Source: Entomortierella parvispora E1425 (lineage: Eukaryota; Fungi; Mortierellomycota). Taken from it: a stretch of DNA of 64,000 bases. Under the pieces are notes generated by a model. It was not told the DNA's origin. It was given only the letters and a program-made list of their open reading frames with translations, and did no database searches. The stretch lies in assembly GCA_020891255.1 (NCBI GenBank), contig BQFW01000012.1:372001-436000 (forward strand). Reading direction: 5' to 3'. This document shows positions 20,246 to 30,781 of the stretch, one piece after another (positions within the stretch are counted from its first letter, which is position 1; each line of letters starts with the position of its first letter). The position numbers were made by a program, and so were the translations under genes.

Positions 20246-21420
20246 GGCTCTATTTTGCATCCGGTGTGTTTTGTCCAGCAGGACAAAAAAAAAAAGTTGA
20301 CTTCTTAGACTTCGTGGCTGGTTGATTGAAACATCAAACAGCCTGCTGCGTTCCTGTTTTCTTGGTTGGGCTGTTGTTTTAGTCCTTCCCGTGCAACGAT
20401 CAGATCGACTCTTATGTCAACGTGAACAGCAAAGGCAACTCTCCGGCAGTCAAGCAAGAGATGCAGCATCGCCGCTTCTTTTCTCCATAACCATAAATAG
20501 TCGGCTCACGATCCACCTGTCTTTGTTTCTTTATTAAATCCCTCCAGTATCCCTCGCTTTCCACTCAAAATTGAATCTAGCTATCAATATTGAAGTGGTC
20601 AAGATAACAATGTGCACCTCAGGAGCGCAGCGAACTTTCATGCCTTTTGCACTGTGCCTCTTTGTAATCTTCTATCGCTCTCTTGCCTATGCCTTTCTTT
20701 GTTTACTCTCATACCCATTGTCCTACCCTCCATTACTTCTAAAATCTGACTGGCCCGCCTTATCGAGGAGTGAGTGCTGGTTGACTATTGTGTACCCGTT
20801 GTGTTCGGTGCAAAGACTGCACAAGGGCAAAGACTACACAAGGGCGAAGAATGGATGCAAAGGAGAGGATGGTCTTAACAGAGACAAAAGAGGGTGCAAA
20901 ATCCACAGCGGTATGCTCTTCTTGCACTTGATGATAGAAGAAATCGAAACGAACCCAGAAAGTTCAGTAGTGACCAAGGAATGAGACCACACTCTTGATC
21001 TCACCCTTGATCTCGCGTCCGCTTCGCTTTTTTTTTCTTGGTCGCTGAAGTCATGGTCATTTTATGTGGCCGACTGACTGAACCACCACATGTACACTGC
21101 CTGACTTGGGCTGTAGTTTTGACTCTACCAGTGTAACGCCAATGGAACCACCAGCAGATGTCCCTGCTCGCTCGCCCTTGGGCTGTTGTTTTGACTTTGC
21201 CCACCTGTCCAGCAGATCGATTCCTCTTTTTTCCTGTTGTTTTTTTTTTTTTTTTTTTGGACCAAGAGACTGTGAGCTTCGCAGGGTGCCATGCAGTATA
21301 AAGGACAAAAGAGATGTCCAGCGTCACTGTTTCTTTCGTAATGAATATAAATGAACATAAATACAGCCATTGTTGTCCTGCATTTTATTCCTTTCAGCTT
21401 TCCACATTTTCCACTCAAAG

Positions 21421-21951
21421 ATGATTCAGGCGGTATTACGAGATGTCTTCCTCCGTCCAGACAATTGGACGAGAGTCAAGGTTCTGGCCGATGAAGGACC
21501 CATGAACATTGGGCAAAGCAATGTTCTGTTTGAATGGACTTGCAAGGGGTGGGGTATGACCAGCTGCGGCCATGCTATAATCTCTTTCCATGCTATTGAT
21601 AGCACTGTCCCGGTGACCAGCGGTCTCTTTGACTGGTATAAGAGCATCTACGGCATCCCCAAAGGTAGAGATGATGATGACCAGTCGTTGGACGATCCCG
21701 CTGCTGCGTTCTACTCGACGCCCGGTGATGGCACCATGACAAAGAATCACGCAGCTCCGCCGCCACCTCCGGAGAAATTGAGGAAAGTGATCATAGAGCA
21801 CCTCACTAAGGACGTCATATTTGGGGAACGCGTCCAACGAGCCTATCTGTATGTCGGCGCCTACCCGGTTGGGATTACAAAGGGCAAGGATGAGAATACA
21901 GGGCTCCTGGATGTCTTCTTTCAGGCACAGTTCCTTGTAACGATCAAATAA
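21421..21951 (+). CDS. Hypothetical protein (176 aa)
   Basis: ATG at 21421 in AAAG-ATG context with a TATAAA near 21297; globular composition. No family recognised. Confidence 0.65.
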   Translation: MIQAVLRDVFLRPDNWTRVKVLADEGPMNIGQSNVLFEWTCKGWGMTSCGHAIISFHAIDSTVPVTSGLFDWYKSIYGIPKGRDDDDQSLDDPAAAFYSTPGDGTMTKNHAAPPPPPEKLRKVIIEHLTKDVIFGERVQRAYLYVGAYPVGITKGKDENTGLLDVFFQAQFLVTIK

Positions 21952-22196
21952 AGACTGTGCCAAGTCAAGTAAACAAAGGCATTGCTCCCTGTGGACCTCA
22001 TCAGTCTCTCCTTTCCCTTCGTGTGTCCTTGCTTCACCCACTCGCCTCTTTCTGTCTCTACCCCTGTGGCGGTGCAACTGACCGACCCACCATGCAATGT
22101 GCTACTTGTGATGCCATCAATGCGAAACTCGATTGATTGCCTTTTCTTCCAAGGATTGCCATAAAGCAAGGAATCGACATCATCTGCAGAATCAAG

Positions 22197-22925
22197 ATGA
22201 AGCCGAACGACATCCCTCAGGAGATCTTCCACCTCATTGGGACATGCCTAACCATCGAGGAATTGATCGCATGTGTCTGTGTCTCGTGTGCATGGCATGC
22301 AGCCTTCATTGGCCTCCTGTGGTCTACCGTTTTCTTGGACGAGGAAGGTTGCGAACGTCCTTCAGTCCCCTCCCTCACTTGACATGCACCTCTCATTCGC
22401 ACCCTCTGCATCCGCAACGACGTTTCTCCAGGATATTTTGACGGCCCAGTGGCCTTTCCCAACCTTTCCTTCTTGGTCATCCTTCCCAGTACAGACGAGG
22501 AATATCCACCCCAATTGCAGTTTACGGTTGAATTTATTCGCCGACACAGCGCGACCTTGATCGCCCTCGAGGTCTACAGCGCTCTGCTTTTGGATCTCTT
22601 TAATTCTTGCCCAAGAATATGGCAACTTACAACCTCGGCACGTTGGACCTCAACACATGCTTGGATCAAGTGCTTTAAATACCTTTGGTCCCGAGTCCAG
22701 GTCTTGACCACTTTTGGTGACTGGGTCCTACGGAAGGAATCAGAGTTGCACTTGAAAGCCGACCTGCCCACAGAGGACAAAACAACAGGAATTATAAAGA
22801 CACTGGTGGAGCGACCCTGTCTGGTCAGAGATTTGGAAGCTCACCTCCACAAGGATCCCTTATACCAAGCGCGCGTCTTCTCCAATGTCCTCAGATGCGA
22901 CGGGAGAGTGAAAGAAAGCGAATAG
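22197..22925 (+). pseudogene. F-box pseudogene: premature stop and loss of the 3' half
   Basis: MKPNDIPQEIFHLIG... aligns with the paralogs. TGA at 22380-22382 sits where paralogs have Arg (SL[A/T]RHAP). Homology continues in frame to about 22850 (RDLEAHL) and is then replaced by unrelated sequence. Confidence 0.88.
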
Positions 22926-23027
22926 TTTCTTCAGTCGATCGAGAGATATATCAGTCTTACGTGGATGATATTTACGAGAATCAAAGCGACTATGAGGACT
23001 CTTACGTTGACCAAAGGGCTTCATAAT

Positions 23028-23150
23028 CACCGCCTCGCAGTCCTTGACGACCAAATCTCAGCCCATGATCGCCAGCTAGCAGCCCTTGGTCGCCAATTAT
23101 CGGCCGTCCAAGTCTCGGCCGTTAATCGCCAAGGCTCTGCTCATGGTCCC
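23028..23150 (+). repeat. Degenerate 21-bp repeat encoding [LH]DRQL[SA]A-type heptads
   Basis: Units CTTGACGACCAAATCTCAGCC / CATGATCGCCAGCTAGCAGCC / CTTGGTCGCCAATTATCGGCC / GTTAATCGCCAAGGCTCTGCT. Confidence 0.6.
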
Positions 23151-23592
23151 GAATGGCGACGCTAATCGACAGGAACCTAGCTGTTGACACGCGTCGACGA
23201 GAGATCCCACACCCAGTTGACCCTGTAGCTCCATAGATATGACAACTGCCCATAAAAGCTTGGCAATGCTCATGAGTGGGATAGGTGATGAACTAAGGTC
23301 ATGATTGAAGTTGATTATTAGGGAGTGGAGGTAGACAGAGGAGGCCAGTTCTCGCTGGAGTTGACACAGCCCCCAGTCTTCCAGTTGACGGTGTGAGCAT
23401 TGAGAGTCTGCCCACCAACGCGGATCTTGACGGGGTCCAAAAGGGAGTGCGACTGGGCAGAGAACGAACTGTGCCCAGACTTTTTTTTTTTTTTCTTCTT
23501 CTTTTGCTCCCTTCCTCTGCATCATCCATCAGAACTGACCAGAAGGACCAGGATCAGGACTGGGACCAGGACATTAGCATTGGACCAGGACA

Positions 23593-25089
23593 ATGGAACC
23601 GAACGACATACCTCCTGAGATCCTCAACCTCATCGGAGAGGATCTTACCATAAAGGACTTGACTGCATGTATCCGTGTCTCCCGCACATGGCATGCAGCC
23701 CTCATTCATCTTCTGTGGTCCAGCATCCTTATAGTCTTGGGGGAGAATCCCAAAACCCCTTCTTTCGCCTCTCTCACTCGACATGCTCCACTTGTCCACT
23801 CTCTCCGTATCTATGACGTGACTTCAGCATCCGACTTTGACCCAGTCTTCTTTCCCAACCTTTCCTCCTTGACCGTCGAGCATGCGAAGAACAAGGAAAA
23901 CGTGCACCAATCAGCATCCTTAATCGAACTTGTGCGACAACACAGTCCAATCTTGGCCTCACTCAATGTCAATCGCCCTCTACCTTTGGACCTCTTCTAT
24001 TCCTTCTTGCGATTACGATTGCTGATGGCCCCTGCACGCTGGACGTCGGGCCATGCTTGGATGGAATGCTTTGAGCATCTTTGGTCCAGACTCGAGTCCT
24101 TGACCGTAACAGGTGATTGGATCTCTCGGGAGGAATTCAGTGAGCCAAAAGTCGACATGCCGACAGACGAGGAGACAGCTGAAATCATGAGGACACTGGA
24201 AGAGCGACCCTGTCTGATCAGAAGCCTGTATATCGATGGCTCTGAAGTGGATATAAATGCCCACCTCTGGGTCATCACGCACTGTCCAAATCTTGTCCAG
24301 CTAACATGGTATATGGATCATCACTCTCATGAAGAGTACCCACACCAACCTATACAAACGTTGCATTATTTGGCAGAGGCGGTCCGATCTCAACGATGGG
24401 ATTGCGAGAAGCTGGAGCGTCTCGAATTCATCCAAGCTGATATCCAACCAGAGGACCTGGATGTTCTGCTGAGTGGAATCAACCAATTGAGGGAGCTCAG
24501 TCTTTGCATGATGGACCTCGACCAAAGCTGTTGGGAGATGTTGCTAAAGTACCCTCAACATTTGGGCTCGCTTCGTGAGCTCCGATTCACTTCGAGGGAC
24601 CCTGAAGTATCGCGTATACCTGGGTCTGCCATACAGTCCATGTTGTGCTCTTTGCCAAGCCTGGAAATCCTCAATGCAGGAACGATGACAGACGTTGATA
24701 TACTCTCGGACGGCCGACCTTGGGTTTGCCGTGGACTTCGAGACCTGTCAATTGACATCATAGTCACGCGGCCCTCGAGTCAGCATGTAATCTTGAGGCG
24801 ACTGTCAGAATTTCAGGATATGGAGCGCTGTTCTATACAGGGCTTTAGACGTAATAATCGAGGGTATTGTCTACAACTCACGATGATAAACGGATTGCAT
24901 CTATTCAGCACTTGGAGTCATTTGACAGAGCTACGTTTAAATGCAGACCCCTCAGTCAGATGGGGGGAAGCAGACCTGAGTTGGGTTCGCCAACATTGGC
25001 CAAAACTGATGAGGGTATGCGGTATTTCCATTCCTATGGAACTGGATCAGTCCACGCAACTTCCGGGAGTCCAGTTTCTTGAATATTGA
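23593..25089 (+). CDS. F-box/RNI-like protein (array member), single exon
   Basis: MEPNDIPPEILNLIGEDL F-box; WVCRGLRDL; WGEADLSWVRQHWPKL; 498-aa ORF. Confidence 0.92.
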   Translation: MEPNDIPPEILNLIGEDLTIKDLTACIRVSRTWHAALIHLLWSSILIVLGENPKTPSFASLTRHAPLVHSLRIYDVTSASDFDPVFFPNLSSLTVEHAKNKENVHQSASLIELVRQHSPILASLNVNRPLPLDLFYSFLRLRLLMAPARWTSGHAWMECFEHLWSRLESLTVTGDWISREEFSEPKVDMPTDEETAEIMRTLEERPCLIRSLYIDGSEVDINAHLWVITHCPNLVQLTWYMDHHSHEEYPHQPIQTLHYLAEAVRSQRWDCEKLERLEFIQADIQPEDLDVLLSGINQLRELSLCMMDLDQSCWEMLLKYPQHLGSLRELRFTSRDPEVSRIPGSAIQSMLCSLPSLEILNAGTMTDVDILSDGRPWVCRGLRDLSIDIIVTRPSSQHVILRRLSEFQDMERCSIQGFRRNNRGYCLQLTMINGLHLFSTWSHLTELRLNADPSVRWGEADLSWVRQHWPKLMRVCGISIPMELDQSTQLPGVQFLEY

Positions 25090-25580
25090 CGCCTGCCACT
25101 CTCCAACTGCTCTCTTCTCTACTGCTCTCTACTTGCTCCTCTTTCTTGGTCTCCCACCACCCCCCTCCCTTGTTCTTCTCTCCCTTTTTTTCCATGAAGA
25201 AATGGGCAAAAATAAATAATAAAGACAAGATCGCTGTACAGGATTGTGGTATAGAGTGCTGTCCTTGTGCAGAGCAAACCCTCGGCCTTGCCATTGCTTT
25301 TAGGGCATAGCTTTGTTGGCGAACTGATACCGCTTGATAGGGTCCAGGATATCACAAGGGGAGATTAGTGCAATGACTCGGTAATATAGGTAAAGTTCAA
25401 AAGGGTCTCCGAATTCTACCAAAACTGCTTCTGTCGTACATATCATGTTGCGCCCTCCGCAACATTACTTTTGCGAGCATTTACCGCTGTTAATCTAATT
25501 ATAAATAAACAAGGAGGGGCATAGCTGTATATCCAGAAAGGGGAAAGAGAAACGGTCTCCATGCACGTACGTGGCTATTC

Positions 25581-25797
25581 GGAGGCAGTTGACCCAACGG
25601 CGAGATGACAAAAGTGCTCTCATGCATGCCAGTTGCTTGCGCGTCACGCGTAGTCCATCGACCTTTTTTTTTTTTGTTTTCTTTCGCATCCATCATGATC
25701 AAGGAGCTCGATGCAGTAAAAAAATGGTGACATGTTACTTTGGTGATCCTCTTCCTTTATTCCTGACGGTCGAGGTTGACGAACCAGTGAAGGGAGA
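25581..25797 (+). pseudogene. CDS-less F-box 'ghost': promoter/5'UTR joined directly to 3'UTR
   Basis: 25581-25701 aligns with the upstream flank of F-box 16806 (GGAGG..GTTGACCCAA; GTGCTCTCA..CGTCACG; poly-T; CATCCAT). 25709-25797 aligns with the downstream flank of its stop (T[GA]CA[GA]T..AA..TGG; GTTGA.GA.CCAGTGAA.GGAGA). No CDS lies between. Confidence 0.7.
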
Positions 25798-25888
25798 GAC
25801 GATACTCTTTTTTTTTTTTTATTTATTTTGGAGATGGAGATCTTTGAACGAACCATGAAGTGTTTTTTGAGACACCAATAGTTCTCTC

Positions 25889-26082
25889 TCCAGGGAAGTC
25901 TCACCGGTTCCTGAAAAACATGACAACCTACACTGTCCTGTCTTTCTGTCTTTCTGTCATGCATTGATCATCACACAGCGGTTCTAGATGCCATTCATTT
26001 CCATGCTTCTCACCGGACAGCTTGCCTTTAGTCTGATTTCCTGCCACAGACATTTGAGATCAGGGAAACATTGGTTTACAGC

Positions 26083-26118
<36 letters not shown>

Positions 26119-26488
26119 AGACAGAGAAAAAAGCAAGGAAACAAGCGCGGGAGCAAAGCTGTACCCAGAGCAAGAAATCTATCCACCCCTCGACGGTGAC
26201 TAGTATTCCCCCTTCGGCGCGTACTACGTTTACTCTGCTTTCACAGAGATGGACGCGTAGCACGACACATCTCCCCCTCAAGGCCACATTGATACGAGGA
26301 GAGACTGTTGTGTACCAACACAGGTGGGTAAAGTCTTGCCAAGCGCGGATTTGACCCGGGCGTGTAACCTCGCAGGCGGTTGAATTCCCACCACACTACA
26401 CACAATGGTTTTTTGGGCCAGTGCCGTTTTCACGTGACCTACACGTTCTTGACGCCATGGTCAGATGGGCGGTGCACGGTCGGACCAC
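25889..26488 (+). repeat. Upstream region of F-box 26573; inverted-repeat partner of 14543-15052
   Basis: See partner. This copy carries an extra ~60-bp segment near 26360-26425 and a TCACGTGAC motif at 26430-26438. Confidence 0.9.
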
Positions 26489-26572
26489 CCGCCCTCCTTT
26501 TTTCGTCCTCTGCCACCGAACCATCACCTAAACCCAGGACCAGGACAAAGGCATCAACACTGAACCAGGAAG

Positions 26573-28090
26573 ATGGAACTGATGGACATCCCACATGAGA
26601 TTCTCAGCCTCATCGGGGCGTGGCTGACCATTAAAGACTTGGCCGCATGTGTCCGTGTCTCGCGAACATGGCATGCAGTGCTCATGCATCTTTTATGGTC
26701 CGACATCAGGGTACGGGCATTGGAGAACACCTACATACAGTTCAAACGCCCCTCAAACGCCTCCCTTGCCCGACATGCACCTTCTGTTCGCACCCTCTTG
26801 ATCCAATGTGACACCTCTATAGGATACGACGATGGCCAAGTGTTTTTTCCCAATCTTTCTTCCCTGACCATCTTGCACGGCGGCATCAATGAAAATGAGC
26901 TCTTGGCAAAGTCTGTAATAGACCTCATTCGTCGACATAACGCAACCTTGACCTTCCTCTATATCAATGGCAATTTCCCTCCAGACCTCTTCAGACTTTT
27001 CCCGAGAATGCAGCATTTGGTAGTCACCGCAGGTTGGAAGTCGGGCCATGCGTGGATCGAATGCTATGAGCATCTTTGGTCCCGAGTCCAAGTCTTGGCA
27101 ATCAATGGTCCCTGGATCCTTCAGGAAGAATTAGACGTAAACTCGCGAGTGGAGATGCCGACAGAGGTGGAAACGACTCGAATAATGAGGAGACTGGAAG
27201 ATCGCCCTTCTACTATCACAGATTTGAGAATCAGCGGCCATGCCCAAGACCTAGAGGCTCATCTGTGGATCCTCACGCGCTGTCCAAATCTGGTCCGACT
27301 GAAATGGGACGCGACTCCAAGTGATGATAACCTTCACTCAGCCTTACCATCACCGACCTTACAGAGATTTCATTGCTTGGCTGAAGCGGTCCGGACCCGA
27401 AGGTGGAGCTGTCAGAAGCTGGAGGATCTCGATTTATTCAGAACACATGTCCGCGCAGGGGACCTGGACGTGTTACTGAATGGTATCGACGGGTTGAAAA
27501 AACTGAGTCTTGGCACGAGCAACTTTGACCAGAGTTGTTGGAAGGTAATGGAGGGGTACCCTCGACATTTGAACTCCCTTCGTGAACTCAAATTCTGCTT
27601 CGAAGGCCGAACTGCCTCGCAAGTTGCTGGGTCGTACATCCATTCCATGATGTGTTCGTTACCAAACTTGGAGGTCTTTGTGGCGGGATCAATGAAAGAC
27701 ACTGATATTCTATCAGACGATCGACCTTGGGTGTGCCGTGGACTGCGAGTTTTGTCAGTCAACATTAAAATCACGTCGCCTTCACCCAGGCAAAACTTGA
27801 TCTTGAGACGACTCTCGGAATTGCACAATCTGCAGCGCTGTTCCCTAACAGGTGTCGCGCCCAGTAATAAGAAACACTGCCTGGCATTTACTATGGAGAA
27901 TGGGCTGCATGAATTGAGCAAGTGGGATCGATTGACAGATCTACAGGTTCCATACTCTTTTCCCCCTCTCGAGTGGGGGGAAGCAGAACTGAACTGGGCG
28001 CGCCAACATTGGCCAAAGCTGAGAAGCCTGCAGGGGATAACCACAGCAGTAGATGTAGATAAATTGCTTCCAGGAGTTCAGTTTAGCTAA
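26573..28090 (+). CDS. F-box/RNI-like protein (array member), single exon
   Basis: MELMDIPHEILSLIGAWL F-box; WVCRGLRVL; WGEAELNWARQHWPKL; 505-aa ORF. Confidence 0.92.
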   Translation: MELMDIPHEILSLIGAWLTIKDLAACVRVSRTWHAVLMHLLWSDIRVRALENTYIQFKRPSNASLARHAPSVRTLLIQCDTSIGYDDGQVFFPNLSSLTILHGGINENELLAKSVIDLIRRHNATLTFLYINGNFPPDLFRLFPRMQHLVVTAGWKSGHAWIECYEHLWSRVQVLAINGPWILQEELDVNSRVEMPTEVETTRIMRRLEDRPSTITDLRISGHAQDLEAHLWILTRCPNLVRLKWDATPSDDNLHSALPSPTLQRFHCLAEAVRTRRWSCQKLEDLDLFRTHVRAGDLDVLLNGIDGLKKLSLGTSNFDQSCWKVMEGYPRHLNSLRELKFCFEGRTASQVAGSYIHSMMCSLPNLEVFVAGSMKDTDILSDDRPWVCRGLRVLSVNIKITSPSPRQNLILRRLSELHNLQRCSLTGVAPSNKKHCLAFTMENGLHELSKWDRLTDLQVPYSFPPLEWGEAELNWARQHWPKLRSLQGITTAVDVDKLLPGVQFS

Positions 28091-29352
28091 GATCCAGAAT
28101 TATGATACAATAAAGAATGGTGGCTATAACTTTGACTCTCCATGTCGATCTGATAACAGACGAATAAGTGCATTCGAGGTGGGGAGAGAGAATCGACTTT
28201 TTCCATGCACGCGGTGACTGTCGATCGAAGGAATGGTCTGCCCACGGAGGTCAGCTCAAATAAAAAAAATAAAAAAAAATAGCATGCCGACTTTACTCAG
28301 TCGAACTTCGCGAAGAAACCACGCGAACCCGACTTTTTTTGTGTGTTTGTGAGACATTTCAGGCGTGCCTGTGTCTTGTGGCAGATGGTGAGGTGACAGG
28401 ACCTTAAAAAAAATGTCCATGGCTCCTGAGCCTGTCTGCAGCCGGATGTATGTTAACAACACAGGACTTTCAGATATTGAGATGAGGAGAGACGAGGAAG
28501 TGAAGGCACAACGTGGGGTGGGTAGGCGCAGCTGCCATGTCATAGTAGGAAGGCAGAAGGAAAGAGGAAAGGCAAGAATGATGACTGAGGCGAAATAAGA
28601 TGGATGTGAAAGTGTGCTTATCTCTGAGGCTTTCCTTTGGCCGTGGACCGTGCACCGTTGGACCAAAGCACACACTCCCCAAATGCATCAGGATCTTTTA
28701 CGACGAGGGGTGGACACGCGCTGTTTCGCGTCTCTTTGCTTCCAAGAGGCCACGAGGCCCCACCCAAGCAGGACCATATTGCCGAGTCCTGAAAGAGGAG
28801 AATTGGGTCAAAATGATCGTATGTGCATCGCTCAAGCACTAGTGCGACTGAATCTCAAAAGTCCAAGATCCTTATCTGCTCTTGCCTTTCAGTAAACTAT
28901 CCCTATGTTCTTACGGCACAAGGGTGTAGCTGTAAATAACACTAATGACGATTTGTTATTGCAAACTTGTCCTTCCATCCTCATTGAGTCATTGAGGTAG
29001 TGTGGAGAGAAGAAAGAAGAAAGGAGGACTGAGCTAGAGAGAAAAAGGGCTGGCCAGAAAAGATGACGGACACAAACGCACAAACACAAACAAATGGAAA
29101 ATAGAAAATGTCATTTCGCCCATTGCCCCCTGGGACGTTGAGAGCACCGGGAGAAGGAGTGTCGACGTCGTTCCTTCTTGGACATGGTTCAGCCATCCCA
29201 TCCCTGTCCATCCCATCCTCTCTCTTTCTTGCTTCCTCATTCGCTCATCAAACATTCACTCATTCACTCATTCAGGCACCTCCTCTCATCTACTCGAACC
29301 ATCCATCTATCAATCCCCTCTCTATTCATTCACCACAACGGCAGACAAACAG

Positions 29353-30469
29353 ATGGCGCGCTCTTCGGCCATTGTTTCAGGAACACAGCGGACAAGACAC
29401 GACGACGACCCAACGGTCGCTGTGCCTGTGGCCTCGGCCATGGTGACTTTGTCTTCCTCCTCAAGCCACCACCGCCACCTTTCTGTAACAAGCTTGGACA
29501 GCTCAGAGAAGGAAAGCACGTTACAGGATGAAGAAGACACACACCCGCTACCTCGCCCGCCTCCACCCTCAAAGTCCTTTTACAACGCGAACAAAACCAT
29601 CCCTTACACCTACACACCTTACGACACATTCAAATCAGAACCACCCTCACGGCTAGGCACCTTCTCACGACCCAGGAGAACCAACACCTCTCGGACCCTC
29701 CCATCCATATGGATCGACAGGTTCTTTGCCAGCCACCCAAGTCTGGAAAGACACCGACGACTGGTTGCGGCTGCAATCTTTACGACATGCACCCTGCTGC
29801 TACTACTTATTGTTCTGCTGGCCCTTCTGTTGAGTCACAAAGGAAGAGGCCATGAAAGTGGGGTGTACGGTGGTGGCATAGGATCTGGATCAGGATCTGG
29901 ATCAGGATCAGGATCTAGTGGGAGTGGAGGTGGCTATGGAGATGGACCGACAACTTCAGACTCAGAATTAGCAAAGCACAACCAGGGTATTCCTCGGCCT
30001 CCAATCAACCACAGCAATGCACCGGGATGGACATCCTCCGGTCAAGGGGATGGAACGTTTTATGGTGAGAAATGTTTTTCCAAAAAGAACGGAAAGAAAG
30101 CGAGGGATAGAGTGAGAGGACCTCGCTAGCATTCTTACAAATACCCACTCGTCCATTTGCCTATCCCATCTAACTACTAGATCCGTCCGTCAAGACGGCT
30201 ACAGGTCAATATTCAGAAGGCGCTTGTGGTTATCCATACATCAACTCTGTAAACGATTTTGTAGTGGCCCTCAACAAGCCCGACTTCGGTAATTTTAAAG
30301 AGGTGAGCGAATCACCTGCATGTGGACAGTGCCTCCAAGTAACGGGACCGAATGGCACCAGCGTTCAAGTGCAGATAGTGGACATGGTAAAAAGACTTGT
30401 AACTCGTTTGCTGCACCCCATACTTGACCACACCATTCACTAGAACGACAACGCTAAAACTTCAACCTA

Positions 30470-30531
<62 letters not shown>

Positions 30532-30668
30532 TCTTTCTCTCTCCCTTGAACAAACAGTGCCCAGAGTGTAAATCTGGTTCATTAGACCTCACGCCTGGCG
30601 CTTTCAGTAAATTGGCTAATCTTGATCTTGGTAGAATCCACATAAGTTGGGTACGATGCCCCCAATGA
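29353..30668 (+). CDS. Membrane-anchored RlpA-like double-psi beta-barrel (expansin/loosenin-like) protein, 3 exons
   Basis: Exons 29353-30064, 30181-30386 and 30558-30668 (GT-AG) splice to GDGTFYD...GACG...VVALNK...CGQCLQV...VQIVDMCPECKSGSLDLTPGAFSKLA...GRIHISW. A single TM helix (LVAAAIFTTCTLLLLLIVLLALLL) and a GS linker precede the domain. Confidence 0.88.
30474..30528. repeat. (CT)n microsatellite in intron 2 of the DPBB gene
   Basis: About 27 CT units directly visible. Confidence 0.95.
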
Positions 30669-30781
30669 TATACCCAGGAATAAAGCATGACAGTTCACCC
30701 TCGAGACACGCGTGCAGAGAGAGCCCTCGCTGCCATTTTTTGACGCGGGTTCGGTCTTTACTAGCTTCAAGATCTGACACT

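Noticed and set aside
23028-23150. CRISPR-like interpretation of the 21-bp repeats here and at 61087-61239
   Set aside because: The units are contiguous, in frame and lack unique spacers; the context is eukaryotic with no cas genes.
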